64,000 nucleotides of DNA from the NCBI GenBank assembly GCA_018333525.1, contig JAGXTF010000059.1:17334-81333 (forward strand), in the 5' to 3' direction. The translations under genes were made by a program, and so were the position numbers. A model generated the notes under the pieces. That model was not told where the DNA came from, did not search any database, and saw nothing but the letters and a program-made list of their open reading frames with translations. This document shows, piece by piece, positions 46,818-56,795 of the stretch (the stretch's first letter is position 1; each line of letters starts with the position of its first letter). This DNA comes from Bacteroidota bacterium. Its GTDB lineage: Bacteria > Bacteroidota > Bacteroidia > NS11-12g > UBA955.

Positions 46818-48965
46818 TTAATCCCAGCCGAATTTATACCTGTAGTCCTGAATTTCTCCTTTGGTGCGGAAAATCTCCTCCAGTCTTCTGGAAAGAAATT
46901 GTGGATTATTGGCAAAATCTTCCTGATTTTCAAATCCTGTTTTTGGCGCTTCTATTTTGTCCTTGCTCTCAATCCATAAGATAGCAACAACGTTAGCACC
47001 TTTTACCGGCTTGCTCCATGCTTTCTCTTTAACTCCAAAAATTGCACCCAAAATTTTAGGTTCCGTGAATAATTGAGGAATAAAATTAGAACTCATTTTC
47101 ACACTCTCCAGAGGAATTACAGTTCCACCTGATTTCTGAGCTATTTCTTCAGCAGTTTTAGACCCGGCAAGCGCCTTTTCAAATTTCTCTACAATCTTGG
47201 CAGCTTTGAGCTCATTACGAACCAGTGGTTCAATTTTTTCGCGCACATCTTTTACTTCTGCATACCCTCTGGATCTGGCGTTGGTAACGATTACAACCAT
47301 ATGCCTGGTGCTGAATGCAAATACGTCGCTTACGTCATTTTGCTTGCGCTCTGCTTCAAACAACCAGGAGAGCAGGGTTTTAACATCTTCATTTTGAGTA
47401 AGTCCGGGGATATCGCGGTCTTCGGTTCGAATTTCCTTTTTAACTCTTGGCTGCAAACCGAGTTTATCACGGGCAGCTTCAAAACTTTTTATATCTCCTT
47501 CGGTAATGCTGTTTCTAAATTTCCTGCTTGCTTCATCTACCAGTTTTATGGTGGCTGGACCAGGCATTACTTCCACCGCATGTTTGCGATATTTTATTTT
47601 AATCTTATCCGGATTCTCCAGTTGTTTCATTACATGGAATCCAAATTGTGTATGCACAACATCCATATCCCCTTTGGTATGGGTTGCACACCATTTTCCA
47701 AATTCAGGAACATATTTACTGGCAGGGGCCCAGTCGTAAATTCCTTTTTCCATTGCAGAACCGGGGTCACCACTGTAATCTTTTGCAAGTGCACCAAAAT
47801 CTGCCCCGGCTTTAAGCTTGGCCAGTAATTCAAAAGCAAGTGCTTTTGCCTGTGCCGAATCCGCAATTTTCATCTTATTAGGCAAACCTCCATTGTTCGG
47901 AATGAGGATATGCGCCACTTTCACATATGGGTTTGTTGTATCTGTTTGCTCATCCAGTTTTTGAATAATGGTGTATTTGCCATCTATCGTCATAATTGGC
48001 AGCATAGCATTTTTTGGCAATGAAGCTAAAGGTGCATACATCGCTTTTTCAAATGAATCGCGGCCTAATTCCCTGGAAGAAGTAAATTTCTCTACCCCTT
48101 CACCGGCAGTATCTGGCTTTGTTTCTTTGCTCCATGAAGTATAGAATTCTTCTGCTTGTTTTTTGGAATATGCAGTATCCTCAGAATTTGGAATGATTTC
48201 CCAATATACATATTGAATATCTCTGGTTGCAAAAGCCTGTTTGTATTCTTCGCGATGCTCCTTCAAATATTTTTCCAAATCCGCATCGGTAACTTTTACA
48301 TCTTTATCTGCAATAACCGAGTAGTTTACCGCTACAGCTTTGCCAGTAGCACCCTGATTGGCTGCCACATATGCATATTCCTTTTCAACCTTGGATTTCA
48401 TTTGAGCCTTGGAAATATACTGGGTATAGTGTTTTTCCAACTCTTGTTGTTTCACATTCTTCACAAAATCCAAGAGGTTTTTCTGAAGGGTTTTATTGGT
48501 CTTCGCCATTTTGAACAGGTCAGAAACCTTTTTCACATCATAATTGCCATCTGTTTGAAAATCCTGAATTCCTTTTACGGTTTCAATGGGATAATCTCCC
48601 ATAATCATTTCATTGAACTCTTCATCGGAAATGCCAATATTCGCCATGTTAATCTGCTTTTCCATGGTGCGGCGCTTGATCAAAGTTGTCCAACTCTGGT
48701 CAATCAAACCTTTTCTGGTTTTTTCATCATCTTTAAAATCGGGATTGCTTTCGCTCTCGCGTTTAAAAAGTTCCGCGAAAATTTCATTCAAATCATTGAT
48801 TTTGACTTTTTCGCCAAATATTTCACCAATAACATCCTGATCTTCCCGGGACAACCCTGTGTATTTACTTCCGGTGAGTACATCACCCAATACAAACAAT
48901 ACCAGAGCCACAACTATCGCGATTACTACCGCTCCTGAATTTCTTAGCTTTTGAATTATAGCCAT
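46818..48965 (-). CDS. peptidyl-prolyl cis-trans isomerase, PpiD/SurA-like periplasmic chaperone (parvulin domain)
   Basis: N-terminal TM anchor. SurA-N-like domain and a parvulin motif (QFGFHVMKQ). 715 aa, typical of the Bacteroidetes PpiD-like protein. Confidence 0.8.
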   Translation of the reverse strand: MAIIQKLRNSGAVVIAIVVALVLFVLGDVLTGSKYTGLSREDQDVIGEIFGEKVKINDLNEIFAELFKRESESNPDFKDDEKTRKGLIDQSWTTLIKRRTMEKQINMANIGISDEEFNEMIMGDYPIETVKGIQDFQTDGNYDVKKVSDLFKMAKTNKTLQKNLLDFVKNVKQQELEKHYTQYISKAQMKSKVEKEYAYVAANQGATGKAVAVNYSVIADKDVKVTDADLEKYLKEHREEYKQAFATRDIQYVYWEIIPNSEDTAYSKKQAEEFYTSWSKETKPDTAGEGVEKFTSSRELGRDSFEKAMYAPLASLPKNAMLPIMTIDGKYTIIQKLDEQTDTTNPYVKVAHILIPNNGGLPNKMKIADSAQAKALAFELLAKLKAGADFGALAKDYSGDPGSAMEKGIYDWAPASKYVPEFGKWCATHTKGDMDVVHTQFGFHVMKQLENPDKIKIKYRKHAVEVMPGPATIKLVDEASRKFRNSITEGDIKSFEAARDKLGLQPRVKKEIRTEDRDIPGLTQNEDVKTLLSWLFEAERKQNDVSDVFAFSTRHMVVIVTNARSRGYAEVKDVREKIEPLVRNELKAAKIVEKFEKALAGSKTAEEIAQKSGGTVIPLESVKMSSNFIPQLFTEPKILGAIFGVKEKAWSKPVKGANVVAILWIESKDKIEAPKTGFENQEDFANNPQFLSRRLEEIFRTKGEIQDYRYKFGWD

Positions 48966-49181
48966 ATTTCGTCAAAAAAAATGACGGCAAAAATAGCATT
49001 TTCAGTGTACCAATACCAACGAAATCCATAATTCGTGCGATTCCCCGGTTGGGAAAATGACCAGAACAATGCATAATACCGATATTCAGATACACCTAAC
49101 CCGCAACAAGACTCAGAAGTAGGTGTTTAATAAAGGCTCTCTGCTAACTTTAGAATTCCTCTATTTTCAGTTAGAGTCTAA

Positions 49182-50732
49182 TTAATGGCGGTCGATATAT
49201 ACATCGCGGGTAATTTTTTTACCTTTAAAGGACAAAGACAGTTCATAAACTCCGGATGGAAATTTCTCTACAGGCAAAATCAATTCATTGTCGGGAACTA
49301 AAACAGGATTAATCAATTCCTTAAAAAACAACTGATTTCCCCTGGTCATTTCTACTGTGCAACTTTTGGAATTGGGTATGTAAATATGCAGGTAAATCAA
49401 GTTGGTATCGCGCAATTGAAGAAATTGTACACCTGGCATTTTATTTTCCTGCAGTGGTTTTTTGAAGTTCTTTTCCGTAGCAATTCCAACCATTACTGTT
49501 GCAAATAATTTCTCCTGATCGTATACGGTAAAAGCTGTCCGCACTTGTTTACGAGCAGCGGCAATACTTATGTAATCCCCAAAAAACACTCCTTTCCCCG
49601 GTGCACAAAATGGAGCATCGGTTAGGCGAATGTTCGGTCCCGGCTTTAATTCCTTGATATTACAAGCATATACATCGGTGTATCTGTTATATTCTGAATT
49701 TCTCCGATCGTAAAAAATCGTGTAAATTTTATTCGTCTTTCTATCCAGACAAACATTGGGCATATACTGGTCCCTGCCATTATGCAAGGCATCACTATTG
49801 ATTCGAATCGGCCCTTGAAAAGTTGTACCCTTATCTTTAGAAAAAAGGTAAAAAACATCCTGATCCCCATTTCTGGAATCGCCAAACACCACATAGAGTT
49901 TGCCCTTTTTGTCGGCGATTACAAAAGGCATACTGTTACTGCGCAAAAGTGCATGCACATTTAAATTCCAGCCTTCCGATTGTTTTGCAAGTATGATATC
50001 TTTACCCCAGGTTTTACCGCCATCAGAGCTTTTGTCCATCCAAATTTGTCCTCTTCCTGCCCATACTGCGTATAATTCTCCATGCGGACCGGCTGTTACA
50101 GTTGCACCTTCCAAAGTATTGTCATCATCTGAAGCATCTCCGTTGGAATCATTCACCGTAACAGGTGTTTGAAATGTAGCACCATCGTCATCACTAAATG
50201 CAACGCGAATTCGGGAAGAATCCTGTGGACTTTTGCTTCCATAAACATCAAATTCGGTCCAGCTTATATAAACCCTGTTACGGAATTTGCTTTTTTTACC
50301 TTCATCCACAAATATCCAGGGCTTATCCTGAACCTTCCCGGCATTATTTCCAATCCCTGTGGAAGTGAAAGTTTTTCCACCATCCACACTTCTTTCCACA
50401 ACAATTCTGTCAAAATGGGAAGGCCAGGGTTTGTTTTTGTTTTTTGACAAATGACAAACGAATTGAATTCCGGAGCTGCTGATATAAACTACCGGGTCTC
50501 CATAAAATCCCTCAGCAGGATTTAACCTTTTAGGCGTCCAGGTATATCCGCCATCTTCACTACCGAAAAATAAATCGTTATTGCTTCCTAAAATTTGGGT
50601 ACCCGGAAATTTAGGGTCTATTGCAATGCAGGGTTCATTTGTTTCTACGCCATCCGGGTGCAGGGGCACCAGTTGAATCTGTCCGAAAACACGGCCAAAT
50701 CCGAGAATTATCAGGCACAGAAAGAATTTCAT
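49182..50732 (-). CDS. BNR-repeat (sialidase-like beta-propeller) protein with T9SS C-terminal sorting domain
   Basis: Five S-x-D-x-G-x-T-W/F BNR motifs (SEDGGYTW, SVDGGKTF, SDDDGATF, SSDGGKTW, SKDKGTTF). Signal peptide. C-terminal ~80 aa (…FPSGVYELSLSFKGKKITRDVYIDRH) is CTD-like. Confidence 0.7.
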   Translation of the reverse strand: MKFFLCLIILGFGRVFGQIQLVPLHPDGVETNEPCIAIDPKFPGTQILGSNNDLFFGSEDGGYTWTPKRLNPAEGFYGDPVVYISSSGIQFVCHLSKNKNKPWPSHFDRIVVERSVDGGKTFTSTGIGNNAGKVQDKPWIFVDEGKKSKFRNRVYISWTEFDVYGSKSPQDSSRIRVAFSDDDGATFQTPVTVNDSNGDASDDDNTLEGATVTAGPHGELYAVWAGRGQIWMDKSSDGGKTWGKDIILAKQSEGWNLNVHALLRSNSMPFVIADKKGKLYVVFGDSRNGDQDVFYLFSKDKGTTFQGPIRINSDALHNGRDQYMPNVCLDRKTNKIYTIFYDRRNSEYNRYTDVYACNIKELKPGPNIRLTDAPFCAPGKGVFFGDYISIAAARKQVRTAFTVYDQEKLFATVMVGIATEKNFKKPLQENKMPGVQFLQLRDTNLIYLHIYIPNSKSCTVEMTRGNQLFFKELINPVLVPDNELILPVEKFPSGVYELSLSFKGKKITRDVYIDRH

Positions 50733-50738
50733 ACCGGT

Positions 50739-51698
50739 TTAATGCATTCCGGCTAAGCTATGTTTGTGGGATAGCCAGCGCTCAGCATCCAATGCCGCCA
50801 TACAACCGGATCCCGCAGCTGTTACAGCCTGCCTGTATACTTTATCCTGAGCATCGCCTGCGCAAAAAACACCTTCCATATTGGTATAAGTGGAATCGGA
50901 TTTGGTTATGATATAGCCCTGATCATCCATATCCAAATAATCTTTAAAAATCTCCGTATTTGGTTGGTGACCGATGGCCACAAAAAACCCCTTAATTGGA
51001 AATTCTCTTTTTTCACCGGTTACATTATTAACTACCCTTACTGCTTCTACCACATGGTCACCAAGTATTTCATCTGTTTCAGAATTATACAGGATTTCTA
51101 TGTTTTTCGTATTTTCAACGCGATGTTGCATGGCTTTCGATGCGCGGAAATGGTCTTTGCGCACAATCATATATACCTTGTTGCAGATTTTGGCCAGATA
51201 GCTTGCTTCTTCACAGGCAGTATCCCCCGCTCCAACAATTGCCACATCCATTCCACGATAGAAGAAACCATCGCAAACCGCACAGGCACTTACTCCACCC
51301 CCATTTAATTTTTCTTCACTTGGCAACCCCAACCATTTGGCCGATGCCCCGGTACAAATGACCACGGTTTCTGCAATAATCTCTTTGTTATAATCCACAG
51401 TTATCTTTTGAGGTCCCCCATCTTTAAACTCCACTGCGGTTACCATTCCAAATCTCACATCAGCACCAAGTCTTACCGCTTGTTTTTTAAAGAGGTCCAT
51501 CATTTCAGGCCCCATAACACCATCGGGGTATCCCGGGTAATTTTCAACTTCTGTAGTAATGGTTAGCTGTCCCCCGGGTTGAAGACCCTCATATAAAACG
51601 GGCTTCATATCTGCACGAGCAGCATAAATTGCGGCGGTATATCCGGCAGGGCCGCTTCCAATTATCAAACATTCAATGTGTTCAGGTTCCTGATTCAT
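50739..51698 (-). CDS. trxB: thioredoxin-disulfide reductase
   Basis: FAD motif IIGSGPAGYTAAIYAAR, redox-active CAVCDG and NADPH motif. 319 aa. Confidence 0.9.
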   Translation of the reverse strand: MNQEPEHIECLIIGSGPAGYTAAIYAARADMKPVLYEGLQPGGQLTITTEVENYPGYPDGVMGPEMMDLFKKQAVRLGADVRFGMVTAVEFKDGGPQKITVDYNKEIIAETVVICTGASAKWLGLPSEEKLNGGGVSACAVCDGFFYRGMDVAIVGAGDTACEEASYLAKICNKVYMIVRKDHFRASKAMQHRVENTKNIEILYNSETDEILGDHVVEAVRVVNNVTGEKREFPIKGFFVAIGHQPNTEIFKDYLDMDDQGYIITKSDSTYTNMEGVFCAGDAQDKVYRQAVTAAGSGCMAALDAERWLSHKHSLAGMH

Positions 51699-51826
51699 AA
51701 ACAGAGCGCAAATTTAAGGAAGGAACAATTGAGGCCACAAAGAGTTGCCAACTTTTAAACCACGAATTGTAATTTTTGATCAGGTACCGCGTTTAAGCTA
51801 TTATAATTTATTGAATATTTAAGGTC

Positions 51827-53287
51827 ATGAAAAAATCGAATTACTTTTATGCGGTTGTTGCAGTTTTATTTTTTGGAGCATGCAATTCTAACCAATTCAA
51901 AAAAGACAACATAAGTATTGATGCCAAATCCGAAACTTTTTCGATACAAAAGGAACTGAATTCTATTTCGGCAAATGCGGAGCATTATTCCATAAATGCT
52001 ACGACAGGCGAACAAATCACAACTACCGGCGGAGCAAGAATTCTGATTGCTCCGGAAAGTTTTGTAACTAAAAATGGTGAACCTGTATCAGGCCCGATAG
52101 ATCTGAGTTATAAAGAGATGAATTCTATTGCTGAAATTGTTGCTTCGGGTATTCCAATGCAGGCAAATAACAATGGCACTATTGGACAATTTGTGAGCGA
52201 TGGTATGTTTGAAATCAGTGCCAGTTCCAGAGGCGAAGAATTAAATGTGGCACCGGGAAAGGTTCTGAAAGTATTTACAAAAAGCCGCGATAAAAATTCA
52301 ACTTTTCAATATTGGTATTTCAATAAAAGCAAAGGCATTTGGGAAGAAACAGGAACTCGTGAAACTCTGGCAAATGAAACCGATATTCAATCTGAAATGG
52401 CATTGATGAATATCAATTCCAAAACAGGAATTACGAGTGCCAACTGGAGATGGTATTCCGGCAACAATCACGGGATTCAAACTGTTGCAAATGAAAATGG
52501 AACAATCATTACTCCGAATAAAATGATACCGGGGAAATACGATTCCAAAAAATTAACTTTGGATTTGGAATTCAACCTCGCTTTATATCCTGAACTCGCG
52601 GGTTACAGCAGTTTAATGTGGCAATTTGCCGGTAGTGATCTGACAGAAGATCCGGCGAGAAATAACTGGATTTTTCAAACTGCCTGGAACAATGTAAAAC
52701 TGGAGCCAATAGCAGAAAAACCAGGTTTTTTTAATTTAAGTATGGATGCAGGTGGTAAGCCTTTTCATACCGTAGTGCGTCCGGTAGTGCAGGGTAATGA
52801 TTATGAAAAAGCTAAAGAAGAATACGGAAAACAACTGGTAAATTTAGAAAAGGAAAGAACCAGAATCCTCAACGAAGGTGCCAGTGCGGATCAAATTACA
52901 AAAAACTTATACAATGCATTTCAGGTGAGCAGAATGGGTGTTTTTAATTGCGACAGATTTTACAGCGATGTAAATGCAAAGGAATATACTGCCAGTTTTG
53001 AACTGGATGGCAAAGCCATGGACCCGGAAAGAATGATCTATATCGTAACAGACCGAAGAACCGGGGTAATTCAATACACAGCAAAATATTACAAAATGAG
53101 ATTTAACCCTCGTATGTTGGACGCCATTTTTGTAGTTGCTGCAAATGGTACCATTGCCGCAGTAAATGCATCAGGGATACATTCCATTAAGGAAGGGAAT
53201 GGTGGAAAGGTCCATCTGGTATTTGAAAATGTAAAAACCAAAATCAAAGATTTGGGTAGTTTGAAAGAAGCTATCGACAACCTCTAA
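51827..53287 (+). CDS. hypothetical lipoprotein
   Basis: Lipobox AVLFFGAC. No recognisable domain. Immediately upstream of the WG-repeat protein. Confidence 0.5.
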   Translation: MKKSNYFYAVVAVLFFGACNSNQFKKDNISIDAKSETFSIQKELNSISANAEHYSINATTGEQITTTGGARILIAPESFVTKNGEPVSGPIDLSYKEMNSIAEIVASGIPMQANNNGTIGQFVSDGMFEISASSRGEELNVAPGKVLKVFTKSRDKNSTFQYWYFNKSKGIWEETGTRETLANETDIQSEMALMNINSKTGITSANWRWYSGNNHGIQTVANENGTIITPNKMIPGKYDSKKLTLDLEFNLALYPELAGYSSLMWQFAGSDLTEDPARNNWIFQTAWNNVKLEPIAEKPGFFNLSMDAGGKPFHTVVRPVVQGNDYEKAKEEYGKQLVNLEKERTRILNEGASADQITKNLYNAFQVSRMGVFNCDRFYSDVNAKEYTASFELDGKAMDPERMIYIVTDRRTGVIQYTAKYYKMRFNPRMLDAIFVVAANGTIAAVNASGIHSIKEGNGGKVHLVFENVKTKIKDLGSLKEAIDNL

Positions 53288-53306
53288 TACAATTAACAGG
53301 ATTAAA

Positions 53307-56300
53307 ATGCGCAAACGGATTTTCATATCCCTTGCACTTGCATTGGTGTTTATCGGGTCATTTAAACTCGGTGCGCAAAACCTGTATCCCATTTTACAAA
53401 ACGGTTTGTGGGGTTATATGGATTCAGCCGGAATTATCCGAATTGCACCACAATTTCAAAAAGCCGGGGATATGGAAAATGGAATAGCAAAAGCAATTTC
53501 AGGTCAAGATTTAATTGTTATTTATAACGAAAAACGTATCCTGAAACTGGAAGGATGTTCCCGCTTTGATCCGGTAACCGGGAGCAATTTTTACAAAATA
53601 CAGAAAGACCACCAATGGTGGCTTGCAGATAGGGATGGTAATTTTTTATCAGAAGAAGGATTTGACAGAATCTGGTTTGCAGGAAAAACTTCCGGTAAAT
53701 TTATTTTTAATTCAAAAGGCAATACAGGGTTGATGGATAGTACAGGCCGCGTGCTTTTCAAATCGAATTATTTTACGTTGAAATCGCTGTGTGAAAATAT
53801 TTATTCGGTAACCACCATATCCGGATTTGTACTTGCCGTGGATGAAAATGGCAATCTTCTGATGCCCGACAGTTTCAAAAATATTCAGATAATAAATCCC
53901 CAATACAGGGTATTCAAAGGCATTATTTCTGATGGTAGTTTTGTGTTTTTTGACGCCAACGGGAATCTGATTACTCGTGGAAAACGAATCAAATGGGATG
54001 CATTGGGAAATGATTTCTACTGGTTGCAACAAGATAAAAAATCGCGCATTTATGATATGAATCGCGGTATATTTATTGACAGCCTCAAAGGAACATTTGC
54101 GTCAAGTCTTTTACCCCAGACACTTTCGGTTTATAATAGCGGAAAAGCAGTTAAAATCTTTCATCGGTATCTGGGCTACCTCAGCGATATAAGTAATGTA
54201 CAATTCTTTGAAAGCGGAAAAATAAGTATTTTTCAAAACAATGGTTATTATGGGTTAATCAACCAGGACTACAAAATTCTTTTAGAACCTAAATTCTTTC
54301 AAATTCAACGTATCAATGATTATAATTTCATGGTGCAGGATTCCGGATTTAATTATAAATTATACGATGGAAATAAACAAAAGTTTACAAATGGCAAATG
54401 GTATAGTGACTGGAGCATTCACAAAGGGTTTTTTAAAGCTTATACCCTTTGGAATGAAATGGATTACATAAAACTCAGCGATTCCGGCTTTATTTCATCT
54501 TCCCAAACCTATTTCAATGTACAACGGGTAAATGTACAATTGCGTACCGAAAACAATGCGCAATGGACATGGAATCGTCCGGCAATTAATATCTCCCAAT
54601 TTACAGGCGCCAACAGAAACACACCATGGTTTCAGGGAAGTGTTAATTCAGTTGCGGTTGGTAGAATGGAGAATTACAACCGCTATGGTCTCCGAAGGCT
54701 GAATCCCAAAACTGGCAAATTCGAAGTGTACAGAACACCGGTTTTTAACCAGGTAATTGTTCTCCCCGACACCAACCTGAGTTACGCCGGAATGCCATCA
54801 GCAAAAAACAAAAAAATCCCTGTGATGTATTGCAGTGAGGTTATTTCCCCGGGGGAATTCACCATTGTGGAAGAATCGACAGGAAAGTCACTTATTCCTT
54901 ATTCTGATTACATAGATATCGATGATTTTAAGAATAAAAATTCTTCTGTTTTCCGAATTTACCGCAACGGGAAAATGCATTTGATTTCCAAAGTAAATTT
55001 CAAACTAATAAACTCGGCACTTTATATCAGTAAAAGCAAATTCGGGGTAAGACAGGTTTGTATAACCGGAGCTTTGGCAGCCGAGAAATTCAACGACAAT
55101 ATGAGAGATTTAACGGATTATGATTTGTTGAATGGGCTTGGGTTAAGAACCAATAGAAGAATTTCGTCTTATTCCATTAGAAACGGAGACTGGCGCCTCC
55201 TTCTTGCCAATGGTAACCTGATAAAACCAGCAATAGCCGGTGCCGGTAAAATCATATTTATGGGGGAATTTCGATATGGATTTGCGATTGTGATGCTCCA
55301 TACACTCAAATGCGGAGTAATTGATTCGCTGGGAAATACCTTTATTCCTGCAGAATATGATATCGTCAATTTTTCACGTGATATTCCCGGGCATTTCTAT
55401 TGTGGTTCAAAGTTTAATCGTTGGGGCTTGACCAACCAATATGGTGATATTTTATTACAGCCACAATTCCACAAAATACTGCCCGCTGGAGATGCTTATT
55501 ACGGGTGGACTCAGGACAGTTGTTTTATTTTCAATACCAACGGCATATTTAATTCGGTTAACCACAAAAGCAGACCGGTAATATTTGAAAATGAAACCGG
55601 ATTTCTGCGTGCCAGAGGCGGATATAAAATCACAAACGACCTCGGAAATTCTTCATTGGATCCCCTTTTCCAAAATGTCAAATATTTTCATAACGGATAT
55701 GCTCCTGTAAATAAAGCAGGACGCTGGGGTATGGTGGATGAAAATGGAAGAACAACAGTAAAATTCAAATACAGCAATGCCAAATCTTTTCAGCATACTG
55801 CGGGAATATTTGAAAAAAATATTCGTTGGATTTTTGTAAACAGGGAAGGGGAAAGAATCCAAGGTCCGAAAAGGGCGGATGCCTATTCAGAAATTTCTCC
55901 GGGTGTTTTTATATACTTTAACAACAAACGCTCCAGATATGCCATGTATGACGGAAATGGGAAAAAATTAAGTGGATTCAGTTTTTCTGAATGTCCTATA
56001 CTTTTTCAGGAAAATATTATTGGCTGCAAAACAGGAAAGGTAAATTTTTACACGTTGGAAGGTAAAAAATTTGCAACGATGAAATCCTTGCCAAAATTTA
56101 AAGGCGCACAATTTACTTTCCAAAACGCTTTAAAAATAAAGATAAAAGATTTTGAGGCATATACCATTTTAAAATTCTCACCCGCACAGTTGCGTGCATT
56201 TGGACTGGATTCCCCGTGGAATGAGTTGGTTATTCCTCTTGCAATCTCCAGGGATATTTACCTGCAAAAAAATTATTTGTTTGAAGCATATCAGAACGAT

Positions 56301-56684
56301 TTATACCAGGTAACTACCGTTTTGGGTGCAAGCTTTGTAAATGGGAATGGCGAAAATGTGATGAACGATTATTTTTCTGCTGCAGAACCCATGCATGCCG
56401 GAGTTAGCATTTGCACTTTAAAAAACGGTAATTCCGGAATTTTAAATGCCCAGGGATTCTGGATTTTGGCACCGGAATATGGCAGTATGAAACGAATTAA
56501 CGACAGTGTTTTTGCGTACCGCGTAAACTACGAGTATGATATTTTCAATGAAAAAGGCGAAAAAATAAATGAAGAAAAGATTGATGGCATGCATTTCACA
56601 AATGGCTTACTCTGCATTCGCAGTCAGAGCAAATTGGGTTATTACAATCCCGCAAAAAGAATGGTTTGGGAATTACAGGAATAA
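53307..56684 (+). CDS. WG-repeat (WG containing repeat, KWG-like) giant protein, 1125 aa
   Basis: Signal peptide. More than 15 recurrences of the motif hydrophobic-x-G-x-WG-h-h-D/N..G (GLWGYMDSAG, YYGLINQDYK, RWGLTNQYGD, GRWGMVDENG, LGYYNPAKRMV). Confidence 0.65.
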   Translation: MRKRIFISLALALVFIGSFKLGAQNLYPILQNGLWGYMDSAGIIRIAPQFQKAGDMENGIAKAISGQDLIVIYNEKRILKLEGCSRFDPVTGSNFYKIQKDHQWWLADRDGNFLSEEGFDRIWFAGKTSGKFIFNSKGNTGLMDSTGRVLFKSNYFTLKSLCENIYSVTTISGFVLAVDENGNLLMPDSFKNIQIINPQYRVFKGIISDGSFVFFDANGNLITRGKRIKWDALGNDFYWLQQDKKSRIYDMNRGIFIDSLKGTFASSLLPQTLSVYNSGKAVKIFHRYLGYLSDISNVQFFESGKISIFQNNGYYGLINQDYKILLEPKFFQIQRINDYNFMVQDSGFNYKLYDGNKQKFTNGKWYSDWSIHKGFFKAYTLWNEMDYIKLSDSGFISSSQTYFNVQRVNVQLRTENNAQWTWNRPAINISQFTGANRNTPWFQGSVNSVAVGRMENYNRYGLRRLNPKTGKFEVYRTPVFNQVIVLPDTNLSYAGMPSAKNKKIPVMYCSEVISPGEFTIVEESTGKSLIPYSDYIDIDDFKNKNSSVFRIYRNGKMHLISKVNFKLINSALYISKSKFGVRQVCITGALAAEKFNDNMRDLTDYDLLNGLGLRTNRRISSYSIRNGDWRLLLANGNLIKPAIAGAGKIIFMGEFRYGFAIVMLHTLKCGVIDSLGNTFIPAEYDIVNFSRDIPGHFYCGSKFNRWGLTNQYGDILLQPQFHKILPAGDAYYGWTQDSCFIFNTNGIFNSVNHKSRPVIFENETGFLRARGGYKITNDLGNSSLDPLFQNVKYFHNGYAPVNKAGRWGMVDENGRTTVKFKYSNAKSFQHTAGIFEKNIRWIFVNREGERIQGPKRADAYSEISPGVFIYFNNKRSRYAMYDGNGKKLSGFSFSECPILFQENIIGCKTGKVNFYTLEGKKFATMKSLPKFKGAQFTFQNALKIKIKDFEAYTILKFSPAQLRAFGLDSPWNELVIPLAISRDIYLQKNYLFEAYQNDLYQVTTVLGASFVNGNGENVMNDYFSAAEPMHAGVSICTLKNGNSGILNAQGFWILAPEYGSMKRINDSVFAYRVNYEYDIFNEKGEKINEEKIDGMHFTNGLLCIRSQSKLGYYNPAKRMVWELQE

Positions 56685-56795
56685 TTAATCTCCGGCCTAA
56701 AGAACAATCGCAGAAAATTAAAAAGTATTAAACCTTTGGGATTATGGGTTGAAAAACTTGTATTCCCATCCCGCATTGCGCAAATTCGCAATACA

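Noticed and set aside
47301-48938. Plus-strand ORFs of 175 and 260 aa antisense to the PpiD-like gene.
   Set aside because: They are low-complexity Phe/Ile/Leu-rich translations of AT-rich antisense sequence, with no domains. The minus-strand PPIase is well supported.
56736-56795. 20-aa N-terminal extension of the hybrid HK (MGLWVEKLVFPSRIAQIRNT).
   Set aside because: The ATG at 56796 is immediately followed by a hydrophobic signal sequence. The extension has no support.
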